NCBI GenBank assembly: GCA_000320545.1
Contig: ADNK01000314.1
Span: forward strand, 52,951-116,950
Reading direction: 5' to 3'
Length of the DNA: 64,000 nucleotides
DNA from: Bigelowiella natans CCMP2755
Taxonomy: Eukaryota; Protista; Cercozoa
Made by a program: the position numbers and the translations under genes
The notes under the pieces: model-generated
What the model was told of the DNA's origin: nothing
Databases searched by the model: none
The model's input: only the letters and a program-made list of their open reading frames with translations
Shown here: positions 25,209 through 39,123 of the stretch, piece by piece
Layout: each line of letters opens with the position of its first letter
Numbering within the stretch: position 1 is the first letter of the stretch

Positions 25209-28200
25209 CTAATCTTGTCCAACAAAGAAATTATTTATCTTCGCTCTGGGTCGCTTAGAGTCTAACAGAGAGTCTGATATTCCTTCATTTAGAACAGGCG
25301 CCTCGACGTCGGAGGTAGAAGGGGCAGGCGGGTTACGACAGGAATGATCACCATCACCCATCCAGGTGGAGTCTAAGTTGCGGGACGACAACGACGACGA
25401 CTTCAACAAGTAGCCATCAGAAGAAGAAGGTGCTTCTGAGGATCGTCGCCGACCGTGTGGTAACGATCTTGGTGGTGGTACTGCTGGAGCAGAGGAGAAT
25501 CTCCCTGGGGATAATAATTGAGAATGATGCTGCACAGATGATGGCGATCCCGATGGTAGTTGCTGCGACTGCACAGGCTGCGCGGAAGAGGGGCTTTGAG
25601 GAGAGGAAGAGAATATATCCGGGGAGTTCGAAGACTGATTCCCTACGAATACAGCTTGGGTGATTGGTGGCAGAGCAGAGGGATTGCTCTTGATCGATGG
25701 CAAATTTGAGACATTCCATCTTTTATCATACAGAACGGAACCCAGAATCCCAAGAGCAAGAGCATCGGAGAGAATCATTTTCAAGAGCCTCCTGAAAGAA
25801 GAATAGGGGTGGTTATTATTAATAGTCGCATGGATGTTCCACTATTTGATGAGATGTTCCTCACTTTCTCTTGAATCCTTCAAATCCTGTCCCGACTTGA
25901 GGGAGTAGGATATTTACAAGTGCACAAAGAGCTGCAACCTATAGTAAAGAAGAACCCAGAAGCACGCAAGTAAGCATCGATCGATGATGCTGCTGCTGAT
26001 GTGATATTCTTGGTCTGACGTTGTCGAACAAATATCTCCGAAATTTCTCAGCTTTCCTCAAAAGCTAATCCACTATCTATTCGCTCCCAGATATCTTCGC
26101 TCTTTATTTGTAGGGTAAACTTTTACCAGAACCACTACCATTACCACTACCACTACCACTACCTGGTTTGGAACATGTGAGCATGCCAGGATTAGGTTCC
26201 CCAGAGACCTTACAGACTGCATGCCACACATATTGTACGTATATACAATTAATGTCGAACTATTCACACGAAGTATATGTATTACATCTATTTTTACAAA
26301 AGGGCATGCATTGATTTTTTTAACGCTTTGCGTTCCGCAGGTGTGTTTGCGTGTATGTGTGAGTCGGAACAACATCTCACCTGACCACCAGCTAAGATCC
26401 CTCTACTACATTCATCCCTGGCCAAATTTTGGACCGTCCCCGATACGTATCCTACTTCCTCGACGTTACGGGATTTCAAGAGCCGTTCCTGAATTGTTAT
26501 GGTGTGTTTGCCAGTAGCGGGTTAGTTTCATACGTGCTCCTCTGGAGTGGGCTCTGTGATGACGCGTGCAAGCATGCATCTCTCGAGAATCGAAAAGGAG
26601 GAGGAAAAGGACTCACGACCAGTGTTGGAATCAAGTTTGCTTCCCGCATCCGCACTGAAACCCTGCCGGAACGTGGCACGTAGTAGGTCACACGATGATT
26701 TGCACTCTCAGCAAGCACTTCTTAATAGTGGCGATGTGCGATGATGACGACGACGACCATGATGATGATGGCGATAAAAACCTTGCTCTACGACCTTCCT
26801 ACCTTATATCCACGCTGAGATTTCTCAAAAGTCCCACCACCCTCGTTCTCAACTGTGGAAAGGGAGTTGAAAGCAACTCCATCACAGCGGGGAGCACTGA
26901 ATATTGGCAAAATCATCGCTCAGGTGCATCAAACGGAACATCCACATTTTTGTAAAAGTTCTACCTCCGAGCTCAATTATGCTCATCCGTCCTACGTTTT
27001 AAATAGGGGGAAATTGGTTGAGATTAGAGGATCTGAGACAGATTCTAGCATGTGTTGTAATCGTACCACTTCGACGAAATGAAATACTTTGAAGTGCTGC
27101 TGCAGCAGCAGTTCTTGTGTCCGGCGATTCATTGTTTCTCGTCAGCAAGAAGAGAATAGGCTTGATGCCTGCTAATCGAGATACTTCCAAGACTTTTAAT
27201 TTATCATGGCATAGGTTGCGTAGCAGGTTGACGGCTTCCCGGCGAATCTGGAAAGTGTGCAATGTGAGACGAAATTTGTCCCCCATTGAGATCATGTAAG
27301 AATACATTTGTGACTTGGTGACGAAGTAGACCGAGTACAATTGAAATAGACGTAGAATCAACCTACGATATTAAACTCAAATAAGATATTTACATATGTT
27401 TAGCAACGTTGTTTGAGACCTGGGCGCGATATCCCGCAGCCCGTGTCAGCAGAGTTAAGCTCCTAATAAGACGCTGAACGACGGTCGAATCGCTGGTTTC
27501 GCCTGAAAGTGTTTTGTCATGGCTAGACATGCGAAGATTTATGTGTCCAGTTTACCGCATATACTCTTTTCCCTGAATAGCCTCAGCAAATTGGATATAT
27601 TTCCAGTGGGAGAACTTTTAAGATCTCGACCAGATTGATTTACCGCAACCATCTACGGGTAAAAGGCGTGTCAAACTTTGCAATCTATGTTTTTTCCTTG
27701 GTCGACCACCTTCAGATTCTCAGCCAGTAAACTTGTTAGTTTTTGGTCGCTACCAACTAAATTCGTATGGTCACATCAAGAAAGAGAAAGACAAGGTATC
27801 ATTATCATCTCAAGAGTTTTAAAAGTAAGGCACATCGGAAACAAACATAGTTAAGCAGACTTTCTTTGAGACTATGCTTGGAGAGGAAGACGTTGAGCTG
27901 CTGCATTGATCTTCACGTCCAGTATTAACGGATAACCAGGATTTTTTCCTAAAATGCGGTGTACAAGCTCCTGCCTGTGATAGATGGTGATGCTTCCTCT
28001 CTATGGGTAAAAGTGAATTGCCATTGGTGTTCTGCGCGAGCAGCAGAGACGGAAACCTGCTTTTTATTCCCCCCTAAGCTTCTGTCCCTCCATTCTTCTC
28101 CTTCTACGATTATCCTTGGCACAGCGTCGCCATGATGATCACCAGCTCCACCATCATCACTACTATCTCGTATCACTGCTATCCCCCTCCTTTCACGGTT

Positions 28201-28301
28201 CGTATGGAGTTTGAGCTACGAATAGCTGTTGGGAGTTTCCCCACATGCACCTCGTACAAAAAAACGGAGGAGACACACCTCCTGCGACAACCCTCTATCA
28301 T
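25209..28301 (-). CDS. Armadillo-repeat protein with Ser/Pro-rich disordered C-terminus
   Basis: Spliced exons IRREAVNLLRNLCHDKLKVLEVSRLAGIKPILFLL..TRTAAAAALQSIS, LPAVMELLSTPFPQLRTRVVGLLRNLSVD, VGYVSGTVQNLARDE, VAALCALVNILL are ARM-like helices. Last exon is ORF 25209..25784. The start at 28301 is tentative. Confidence 0.7.
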
Positions 28302-28548
28302 GTTCTAGACTTCAACTAAAAAACACATCTATTTTTATCCATTTTTAAAACAATTAAGCTAGACTACATTATACCGGCATAGGATTCATAGTGTATTATT
28401 GATGCTATCCTAGTCTATGTCCTGCATGCGACAATTAAAAATTGATGTCGCACATGCATGGGCGCGTTGGCGCGTGCCAACATTAATCGGAAGTGTGTAA
28501 CTTCCCATAGATCTACTACCTGTCCAGGATTAAGGGCTGCGGTGGCGA
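28302..28548. promoter_or_regulatory. Putative bidirectional promoter, ARM gene / myristoylated-protein gene
   Basis: About 250 bp between divergent ATGs; contains short inverted repeats. Confidence 0.5.
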
Positions 28549-29255
28549 ATGGGCAACCGAGGGAGTAGGAAAGAAGAGGAGGATAGCGAACCTTCTATAA
28601 GAGATAAGGGATTCTCTCCTAATTCGAACAATGGCACGGCACCGGTAAAGAAAGCAGAGGCGAAGCCGATTGGTTTGGGCGGGCTGGTGGAACTGCGCGT
28701 TCGGGACGATGTTGTGGAAAACAAAACAGAGCCGAATTGGTTTACTGGGGATGACTTTGATTCCTTGACTGAAAGTGGTCGTTTGAAAAAGATCCTGGGT
28801 CATAACACCTCTGAACCCGGCACGACATTCACACGCGTTGATTCAATTGAAGACAGAGCACTAATCTCTATAATCTCCAAAGACAGTCCACGTACAACCA
28901 CTTGCCAGGTTACTCCAAGGGAAAGTATGCGAATTAGAAAATCTATGACTAATAGTCTGAAGTATCAGATAAAATCCCCGAAGCAAATAAATTCTCCACA
29001 GCGAATCAAATCCCCGCACAAACGCAATAGAGCCGAGATTGATTTACCAAAGGGAAGGGTATGGGACTCTGTAAAGACGGACTCTTTATCTCAAAACCGA
29101 GCTATGGCATGATTTTGGATCACTTTCAAAATTGATAACACAAAAAAACATCTCAATGGAAAATAATTATGAAGGATTGAAATTCCCTACAACATAAGCA
29201 AAACGAACAAAGTAGTTAGTAATTCGGTATGCAGGGGTTCGTAACGAAGATTTGA
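28549..29255 (+). CDS. Small disordered protein with N-myristoylation signal and SP repeats
   Basis: ORF begins MGNRGSRK (G2, S6). Probable intron 29059-29234 (gtatgg...atgcag) gives C-terminus LPKGR|GFVTKI*. The unspliced ORF ends at 29112. Confidence 0.6.
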
Positions 29256-30186
29256 CCGAGGGGGATGTGTAGTCTGTTATAGAGGCTGTAGAATGCTTAC
29301 TAAGTTCTCACAAGGATGCCGATGAAGACACACCACGATAGGCGTTTCAAGTTGAGATATGGGGAGAGGAAAAATTGATCCAGTATAATGAAAGTTTGTA
29401 ATATGAAGAAAATAATACTGAAGGAAAAAATTGTAAAGAGATTCATTGTATTTATTGTGTAAAAATATATGGACGTAACCTTCTTAACGTTCGCAGTGTT
29501 TAATTGTTGATTTAAATTTACTATCACGTTCATTGCCTCGTTACTTCTTGGTCAACTCTTTGATTGCAGGCTTGCATTAATTCCGAACTTTATGTTTTAT
29601 CTCTAAATGCGCGTGTCCCCATCAAGTTTTTACATAGCTATGCTAACTTCTCTAGCTCAGAAAGGGGGGCCTCGTTATATCGTTTATCGGTGATTTCCTA
29701 CTAAAATCTGATGGGGATCTATGCAATATACAGCTTTTAGCACAATACGTGTCGACTATATGCATATTGGCGCTGTGCTATGCTAGTGCTTACTAATGTT
29801 TTGTGTACCGTAGAGTAGTGGCATATAACGCACATGTATGGCGCAGAGCTTGTGCTAGTCATGCGGTGCCTGACAGAGCTACGCGCATGCATGCACATCT
29901 AGACGTACATGCTCGATCAAGCCATCGTCGTCGTCGATCTGGAGGAGGTTTTCATTCCATAGATGAAGACAGATAGACACCACAGCAGTATCCATCGTGT
30001 CATTCACACATGCAACATCAGGATGGCAGGATGGCCATTGCAAACATTAAACCACTTCATTGTATATCATCCGTCTCGCATGCAACAAATGAGTCATGCA
30101 TGCATACATGTGTGTGTGTGTAAATGGTACGCGCATGTATAATTGTGTGTATGCGTGCATTATTTGTACCCTCTCCTGTCGCAGAT

Positions 30187-31197
30187 TTACGCCTTCGCGG
30201 TCATTACACTCCGTACCGGTATTGCCCTATAGCTTATACGGACCTGTCAATGATGACAATAAATGAAGCAATTATCTTCATGTTTGAATTCTTAGCGAGA
30301 ATAGAGCTCGTAAAATTAAAGCTCGTCTGCAACTACTTACCATTTCTCCTAGCTTGAAGTCCCAGTGTTTGAGGGTGACGGTACGTGGGATCCTAGGAGT
30401 GGAAACTTCACGTGAAAGGGCGGGGATAGAGCCAGCACGTTCCATTTCGACTAGCAAAGGGACCAAACCCGAAATGCGATTCTCAAACCTGTCAAATGAG
30501 AGAAGTGTCGTAATGATTCGAGAAGCTGCTCAAAGGAAAGATGCTTGTAGGTTGGGAATTTCAATGTGCCACCCACCTACACAAATTTGCCAAGCAAGCA
30601 GAAATATGCCTACTCGACACGCCAAGTGGGGAATGAAAATGAGGTGAGACGCGCAAGATTCCTCAGGAAGGTATTCAAACAACGACTAGCAGGGATGGAG
30701 AGGGGGTGCGCACCTCGGTCCGCATCTCTCTCGCTCTTTGTCTGGGCATTCACTCATTCATTCATTCATTTTCTACTCCCGGCATCATCTTAGTAAGTAG
30801 TAACTTAATATAAGTAGATCTAAGTGTACCGGTAAGCAAGCAAGCTTTCTCTTCTTACGTTGTCGCACCTTCCGATTCCCTTCCCTTTCTCTTCGCTAGC
30901 AGCAGTGGGTGCTCCTCGGCAGACTGCTCTCCCACAAAATGACGACGGTAGGTCTACTACGTATGCAGTAACGGCAGGAAGAGGAGAAACAACTGCCACC
31001 CAAAAAAAAAAAACGGCTTGCATCTCGGCGTTTGCAAGGTCAAAGTGCCATCGAACACGATGTCTTCGTCTTGAAACGCATCCCGTCTTGCGTTTTTGGT
31101 TCCCAAGTTGTGATCGTGGACTACCCTTCTCGAAGTCAGGGCGGGGGGAGAGCGAACGTGGCAAAGAGGACCACGCCTAAGCCTGCTCACCGTCCAT
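30187..31197 (-). CDS. Small multi-exon hypothetical protein
   Basis: Minus-strand ATGGACG|gtgagc at 31197. Exons end ..tgacag|FENRISGLVPLLVEMERAGSIPALSREVSTPRIPRTVTLKHWDFKLGEM|gtaagt and tgacag|VRISYRAIPVRSVMTAKA* (TAA at 30187). Middle exon phases are uncertain. Confidence 0.45.
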
Positions 31198-31331
31198 CCG
31201 ACACTGCTAGGTGCTGCGACTCGACGGTAGTACTCTGGAGGTAAGCCCCTGATCGTAGTAAAGAAATAACAGGGATCAATCCTCAAGCGCGAACTTAAAT
31301 GTATCGTACTACTCCGAAATAAAGATTCGTT
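31198..31331. promoter_or_regulatory. Putative bidirectional promoter, small orphan / EF-hand gene
   Basis: About 135 bp between divergent ATGs; the minus-strand start is tentative. Confidence 0.45.
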
Positions 31332-33237
31332 ATGGCTCAACCTCGTGTCTCCATGGTTCTATATGACCCCGTGCTGGAGGAGTCTAATGAGACGAAATAC
31401 AGAGAAATTTTTGACCTGCTCGATACGAGTAAGAAAGGGGTAAATCTACCATAAACTACCCATCTATCGTTAAAATCTCCACTTCTAATTCTTCTCATCC
31501 AACTTCACCAGAAGGTTACAGTGGAAGAGCTTCGATCGTCGGACGCTGTACCGGTTTCCTCATCAATTTCACTGATAAATTTATCTCTAGATTTGATGGA
31601 TTCGTCTTCATATTAACCAACAGAAAGAGATTATCAAGGAGGTCGAAAAGACGCTGGAACAGAGGTAACAGTGCACAAAGAAGTGAATTCTCAGAGTTGT
31701 TCATTCTTGAGGACTCTTCTACCGTATCAGTCTTGCATTTGAAGATTTTTGTATTCTGCTCGAAGGGTTGAGAAGGTAGCGTATCGTAAGAAAATCGATT
31801 TCTCCAAAAACGATATTTGAACATTTTGACAGTAGCTGCTCCCGCTCCTCCGACTTCCGGTAATTTACAAATATTCAGTTTCTAAGTTTAACCTTCGTAA
31901 CTAAATTGTCGGCCTTACCTTATCGGGATCGGCTCTACTGTCTTGGCTACGTCCAGCTACATGCCGTGATAGCCTACCAGATATAAGTGCCTATTACAGT
32001 AGGAATCATAGGTAATACAGCCACCAAATGATGAGTGATCTTATTCCTCCCAACGTTTTTGTACTGATATCCTTTTCTTTTATCCGCATTCGCGTTTTAC
32101 TGTAATTATGTTTGATAGTCGGAGGCCGAGTGTATTTTCCCAGGGTAAAATTGCTACTACGCTACTGTCCCTCATACAGACTCAGTTTATGCTGAGAATT
32201 TCAATAATATGTGTAATATAGCCATCGAAGGGGGATCGTCTACAAGGAGAGAAAACCTTTTTCCGTTGGTAATGATTTTAATGCTTATCCTACGTTTTGA
32301 ATCAACAAAAACTCGCTTCTCCTGAAAAGCATAATATCAAATTTAGGATGAAAATGAAGATGAGGAATTTAATACGTACACAATTGACAGTTTCGAGGTT
32401 ATCTTGTTCATTTGCCAGTAAGAATAGCTTTCCGCGCGTTACACAAATACTTATTTATGTATAATGTTTTGAAACGTTGGTCGAAACGTAGGAACATGTC
32501 AAAGTGTTAGAAACGACAAATTTGAATCTTCGGGAAAAGAATATGTAAAGTGTTGAGAACCTTTTAATTTTGTTCATTGTAGTCATAGAAAATATACCTC
32601 CAACCTGGATCCTTTTACAATTTTTCTTAGAGAGTTGGAAGAGAAGCTGGCAAATCATGATAAGGCAGCAAGAACGACTGAATCAAGATTAGAAGCAGAA
32701 TGGTACGAGGAAAGTTGGGGTGGGGGAAGCCACAGTTTGATATAATTTCTAGTTTTAATGTTTATTTGTGCCCTGGTCCTATAGCAAACAACTGCGGAAT
32801 GATTCTCAGCAACTTCGATCCGCTTTGAAGATATTGAAGTAATTTGAAATCTTTATCTCTCGAATATTAGCTTTTGACCTATTGAGGGTCTTCCAAAGCC
32901 GCAACAGTTTTTAATTTTGATTGATTCTGTATTATGGCAGCGATCAGTGCAGGAAGAAGACACGTCGAACGTGAGGACAACGAGAGATAAATAAACAGTG
33001 GGATAAATTAACTAAAGCAACATTTCTCCCTCAGGAGTGAATGGAGTAGTGTGCTGCTCAGTTCCCACAGGAGAAATGACGTAAGATGTGTTGCTCAGCT
33101 ATTGACAGCAAGCACCCAAATGCTTGATTATTTGTATCGCCGTGATGTGACGTCAGCTTCGCTCTCATCCCTTAAATGAACTTTTCAGAGCTCTGACTCC
33201 TCTTCGGTTGTTGAAGTAAAACCAAGATTGGAGGTAT

Positions 33238-33270
<33 letters not shown>

Positions 33271-36238
33271 CAGCAGCTATAGCAGTATTAGCAGTACCTT
33301 GAATCATCCTTTCCCCGCTATATTTCTGTATCTGGCTCACCTTTTGGCGCTTTCTTCGTGTGTGCGACTAAAAAATTTTACTGGAACGGCAAGCGTTAAC
33401 CTGAATCATTATGAAACCAGCGTCGCGTCTATAAGTTCGGTGTACGTATTTGTTTGTATGTGTGTGTGCGCGCGCTCCTATATTTGTGATCTTTAGGACC
33501 TTGAGGAGGAAGATGATGGAATCACTGAAGAAGGCAGCCAAACGTATGCCATACCTCTTATCGATCGGTTGCGGTGTTGTGGCGATCGATCGATATAGTC
33601 CTCTTGGGATTCTAATTGGACAATCGTTTCAACAGGAGCCAATCTCTGCCGCATCAAGCGTCAAGGAACGCTGCTGAGATGTAATGATGTACACGAAATC
33701 AATGCCGTTCCCTTGTACTAATAGAAGTGATGGCTTTTACTAGAGTCTGTAGGAAATTATGTTACTGATGTCTTTCATCATATTTGTCAAGAAAGCGCCT
33801 CGAGAATGAGAATCGTGAGTTGAAGAGGGAAAATGCGGAGGTATGTACTAGCATGACTATGATGTTGTGTAGTATTTGATTCGGCTGTCTCGATATTTCT
33901 CTGTATCTTTCACTTGCTAATGTGCATTTCGTTTACTTTCTATGCGGCTGTGGGCTGCTAGGGTAGTTTCCTCTGATCGATGAACTAACTGATGGAAACA
34001 TTGCAGGCAAAGAGACTTTTTCAGGCAGCTCGCGAACGAATCTTGAAACTAGAACAAGGAAGGTAGGAAACCATCGGTTACATTTACATTTGTTTCTATG
34101 GGTGCGTGCGTTTGTGTGCGTTATGATGTCTCGATGGCACCGTTTCTGCAGTTCGATGAAACTTAGCTGACAACACTTTCATTTCCGCAATAATATTCAT
34201 GACGTCCACAAGATTCAGTAGTAGGCGCGACTCTACGCTTCTTTCACATCAGATGTCGGGTGCGTGATAGCAACCAATTATTCTACAAATAGCATCCAAT
34301 CGTGTCAAGGAACTAAAAATTTATCAGAGTTCGTCTTCTGAGATTGACGATGTCTTTAATTGGGATTGCTGTTACTGTCCAACTGCTGCAGGTCTTGAGG
34401 ATGTTTTGGCCCTGAAGCATCGGTGCAAGCTGCTGCGTGCTTCAGAAACTCAGATGAGGAATGAGAGGTACGAAGAAGATGTTGCTTCATAGTATTGAAA
34501 TAGCAAGAGGTGTATGCCCGTGCAGATGAAATATTAGTAGTCGTCTCTTTTTATACTGCTGCTGCTCCTCCTCCCTCCTTCTCCTCCTCCTCCTCCTCTT
34601 CCTCCTATAACGCGTCACTCACACTTCTATCCAATACTACTCATTTGGTCTCAGGCAAGCTCTACAGAGGGAAATATTGGAACTAGAGGTTTAAAAGCAA
34701 ACGGAACGCACAATCATAATTATCATCTACGTATATTATATTATATATATATATATATATATATCATATCATATCATATCTTCCGTACGTGCAAATGGCT
34801 GGGAAAAACAGCAGCCTGTTAGAGTTTACTGCCATAATTCGTTTAGATGCACGCCCCCCTTTATCATGATGCTCGTGTTGGATGGAAGCAATGCGATGCA
34901 AGCATATATCTCAACTTTCCGCAACAACATTTTAGAAAGACTTCCAGCTACACAAAAAACGGAAGAACCAGAAATACAATGCTGGGAACAAAGGCGTCGA
35001 TGCAGGTGATAGTGAATGGCAACAGTTCAATTTGACTGCTCTAATTATATAGGCGTATTACCTACAGAATGTGCTGTCAACCTTACCTCCCTCCTCATCA
35101 TATCATGTTCTTCAGTTTCAGAAATAAAAGGCGGTGTGGGAGGGGAAACCCTAATGGCAGCAGCAACGTCACACAACTCAGCAGCAGAAAATACTGATCT
35201 TCTAGCATTAGCAAACGATACACAGAGGAGCTTCATCAAGACTGCAACTCTTTCTCCTGCCCGCCCCAATGGGGATCCTATCAATAACTGCGATGGGGAA
35301 ATGAAGGAGAGCGACGATAGGTCTACGCAGAACATACAGATAGCCATAGCCGCCGGGCATACGATTTTCGCTCCTTGGTGCAAGGCGCTCAGAAGTAGGC
35401 CCTTTCGAACTGATAATAAAACTGCGCTGCTTGTTGTTGCTCCGTTTCTGAAATTCAGGAAGATATTGAAGAAGAGGATACTACAACTGGAGGTCTGCCA
35501 ACACAATACATCTCCTTCTTGTCACCCCATTGATGGGCATTCGCGCCGGGTATTTTTCACGACCTCAGATGGACCTACAGAGATACAAAGCCAGAATTGA
35601 TGAGCAAAAGAAAGCTTTAGGTAGTCTCCACACACGAGCGAATACAGTGCAGCACACATTCTTTCTTGTTGGAGAGAGATGCATCATTGAAAGAGAATCA
35701 TGATTCGTTAGGGCCAAACGATTTGCCACAAATCCCATGGGAAGGTAGTGCTCTAAATTCTTTTTTGAGCTGCAGCACACATCCAACCCATTTATTCCCC
35801 GGGACAAGCTTCATATGTAAGAGCAAGATGTTTCCTGTTATGTGTCTGCGTAAGTTTGTGTGACGACACGTTTCAGTTGAGCTTATATATGCGATATTAA
35901 ACACTATCATCCCCATACTACCACTTCTACTTCATACATAATTGTTGATTTTCTCAAGTCGAAGGCATCACGCGGTCAATGCGCAAGCCCAATGACCTTA
36001 ACGCGTCGACGCTTGACGAATCCGAGATACTGATGAGGAGCAAAATTTTTACACCGCGAGAGAGGGTTTTCAGTACATGTAAACGTAAAAGTGCCAAGGG
36101 GGAGAAAGGTATTATCAATGTGCATATCTGTCGTAGATCCCCAAATACAAACATTGATTTTATCATTCTTTCGCCTTAGCTGTTAAAGAAAGCTGCTGCT
36201 GGCTTTGTTCTCCACTCGGAGGGTATGGGGGCTTATAG
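31332..36238 (+). CDS. EF-hand + long coiled-coil protein
   Basis: MAQPRVSM..YREIFDLLDTSKKG|KVTVEELR (EF-hand) and LAFEDFCILLE (second EF-hand helix). Coiled-coil exons include KRLENENRELKRENAE, QALQREILELE, KILKKRILQLE, MDLQRYKARIDEQKK. Last exon VKESCCWLCSPLGGYGGL*. Confidence 0.6.
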
Positions 36239-36832
36239 TTTACAGTGTGCCTTTTTTGTGACTCAAAAGCAGACTTACTACTAGTCCGACACAAGCATTA
36301 TCGATACGCGCACTATATCTTAAGATATACATTACATGCACGAGTAGACGATGTGGCAGTGGGGTAGCCAGATGTAACCTAATTCACGACATGTATGCAA
36401 GGTAAAATCTTGTCGCTAGGACAGTTTCTGAGCGCGTGGAGAAGAGCTGCTGTGATGCGTCTTTATCATTCGTGCCGCGCTTGCTTGCTGCGCTAGCCCT
36501 GTGCATTTTTATCTTATTCAGCTCCATGTGTGTCTACTACTAGACAAGCATGCGCCATACTGTGATATGTATAGATGTCTCCACATGTACTAATAACAAT
36601 GTCTACAGTGTGGTGAAATCTTGACTTAACCGTCGCAATCAATGCCGTTAGAGCATGTATATACTTGCTAACTGTATGGAAAGTAGGTACTAGATTTAAG
36701 CAAATCATCCCAACGAAAACTTGTTCTATTGGGCGTCGTTAATTTTACAGAAATTATAAGTGATTCGGGTTGGTGCTCCCCTCGCTTACGCGAGTAATGG
36801 ACAATATGTGTGCTCGCTCTGGCAGCCAGATA

Positions 36833-37874
36833 TTAAAGCGTGGCAGCCTGGGTGTGATCCTTTGTAACGCAATTTCGCAAAGCCCAGCACACCAACTTCG
36901 GGTTCAGACCGTCGCTTGAGTCAGTAAACGGCGAGACCCCGTCAGGGCCTTCATATGATCTATACATTTTCCCGTCATTCAAATCGGCCCCGGCGGGATA
37001 TTTGCAATGTTTTTCTTCCCGATGTTCCCGCTCTGAACACTCCGCAGGCCTGCTGCTGCTACCGCCAGAAGCTGATGCAGTTCTAGCCTCTTCGGAGATT
37101 GAGCTCGTAGCCCAGGATATCTGCTCAAGAAAACAAGGGTTATTTTCACTCGCATGCGAATAACGTGTTTGTACAGGCCTCAGGCTGCTCTCACCAGGTC
37201 GTCTATGAAGTCCAACAGCTTCATCTCTGCTACAGCCGGCGGGGTCATCTGCAGGAACTTCCTGGAGGTTTCCAGGGCATATCGGTGGAACTTTTGTGTC
37301 AGTCCGTCTTGTATCAATTCAACTGAGCAAGAAGAATCCACTCCTCCTCCTCCTCCTCCTCCTCCTCCTGTGGCCGCTGCTAGCACTTGAATGGCCAACC
37401 CGGGTGGGGGGCAGAGATATGTATATCTGAATCGATGATCACAATCGCGGAGTACAAGTAACAAGGCCATCAGCAGCAGACACGGCAAGCATGCAGGGGC
37501 AGTATTATTATTATTACTAAAATTATTATTACTATTATTCCCTTTGTTCCTGTAACATCAAATCAACCTGCCGGCTAAATGCAAACACTCTCATTTCAAA
37601 CGCTGCGTTATCATGCTTTCAGGGCAGGGGGGGGAAGGGGGGGAAGTCAGTTCTAATGATGCTACTACCGTGAGGATGGAAGGTAGTGGAGAAGGCGTCT
37701 GGCACCGTGCAGCGATGATGACGCGAAGTAATAAGCCAAAAGGAAGACGTATTTCCCAGTTGCAACTGACGTATTATTAGCGACAAGGAGCTGCTCACGT
37801 TTATTCTGCTAATCGATTATTTAGGAGGAATAGCACTGACCTCTTCTGCCCATCTCTCGCCACCATCCTTCCCC

Positions 37875-37957
<83 letters not shown>

Positions 37958-39062
37958 ATCCGCAGAAAAATGTACAGAAACACACACACATACGCACACA
38001 CCTACGTATCTAGGGGGGAAAGAGGGGGGGTTGCCCGAAAGAAATATATGCGTTTTTCACCCCATTTAAGCTTTGGACTCCAATCAGCCTCGAAGGGAAC
38101 AATAGAAGCAAATGCTTCTTGGATCAAAGGAACCATCTGAAATTGTTAGCGATGATGAGATATCACCGAGTTGATACGCAGGACGACCGAGCATAGGAGA
38201 AGAAAAAGAAGAAGAAGAAGAAGAAGAAGAAGAAGAAGAAGAACGCCTATTTCCCTGTACTTTTTCTATTGATTATAAATGTGTGTATATACACGCCATT
38301 TACGTGGCTGTTGTGTATTGTTTCCTGATAGCGCGATTTGTGGTGGTGATGATTTGAATAATGTACATTCGAGTCGGTCCACAGAGCTAGTGAAATTGAT
38401 TGCCCCCCTGCTTTAACTCTATGAAACCAAAACGGTGGGAGGTACAATACTTGGCCTTTTCACCACCGTATTAATATCAAAAGTCGTCCATGATATCAGC
38501 CACCTCGTCATGGGAATACGATGCTGCTGCTGCTGCTGCTGCGCTGTTCTTACTGCTACTACTACTACTAATAATAATAATAATAATTACAATAATATCA
38601 TAATCAACCGGCTTGCAGCTCCACTTCAAACCCTTGCTCGATGGTCGGAAACAACGGAAACTTCGTGATGTCGACCTAGCCAAAGTCACAACGAGAACAC
38701 CATCAGCACAATGGGGGGGGGGGGGGAAGGGTCGTTATGACCATGAAGTGGAAAAATCGCCTGACGACTAAGATAGAGCAATAAGCGGCTTATCAACTAC
38801 TACTTCGGTACATCATTACATTGTCCAGGTGTGTTACTCGAGCCTGCGTCCAGCTGACGGTCGGCGGCAACATATACAGAATTTAAAAAAAAAAAAACGG
38901 TTAAAACCCAGGGCGGGGGGGGGGGGGGGGGGTAGGGTATGCTTGTACTTCAAGTTGTCAGTCAGCTTCTCTCGCAGTTATATCGATGGTGTTTGAAATT
39001 CAGACCTGGGATGCGACTTGGGGTGCATGTGCAAGCCCAAATGAGCCTCTGTGCGAGTGTGC

Positions 39063-39123
<61 letters not shown>

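Noticed and set aside
29235-29401. Protein-like frame interrupted by two TAGs (EGDV*SVIEAVE..DTPR*AFQVE), suggesting TAG=Gln recoding
   Set aside because: Splice phase favours GFVTKI* in another frame. The 1219-aa SMYD ORF and GalE have no in-frame TAG, and the EF-hand gene appears to end at TAG.
30340-30650. Possible structured ncRNA (tRNA-like or RNase P-like stretch)
   Set aside because: No cloverleaf or conserved regions; explained by exons of the minus-strand gene 30187-31197.
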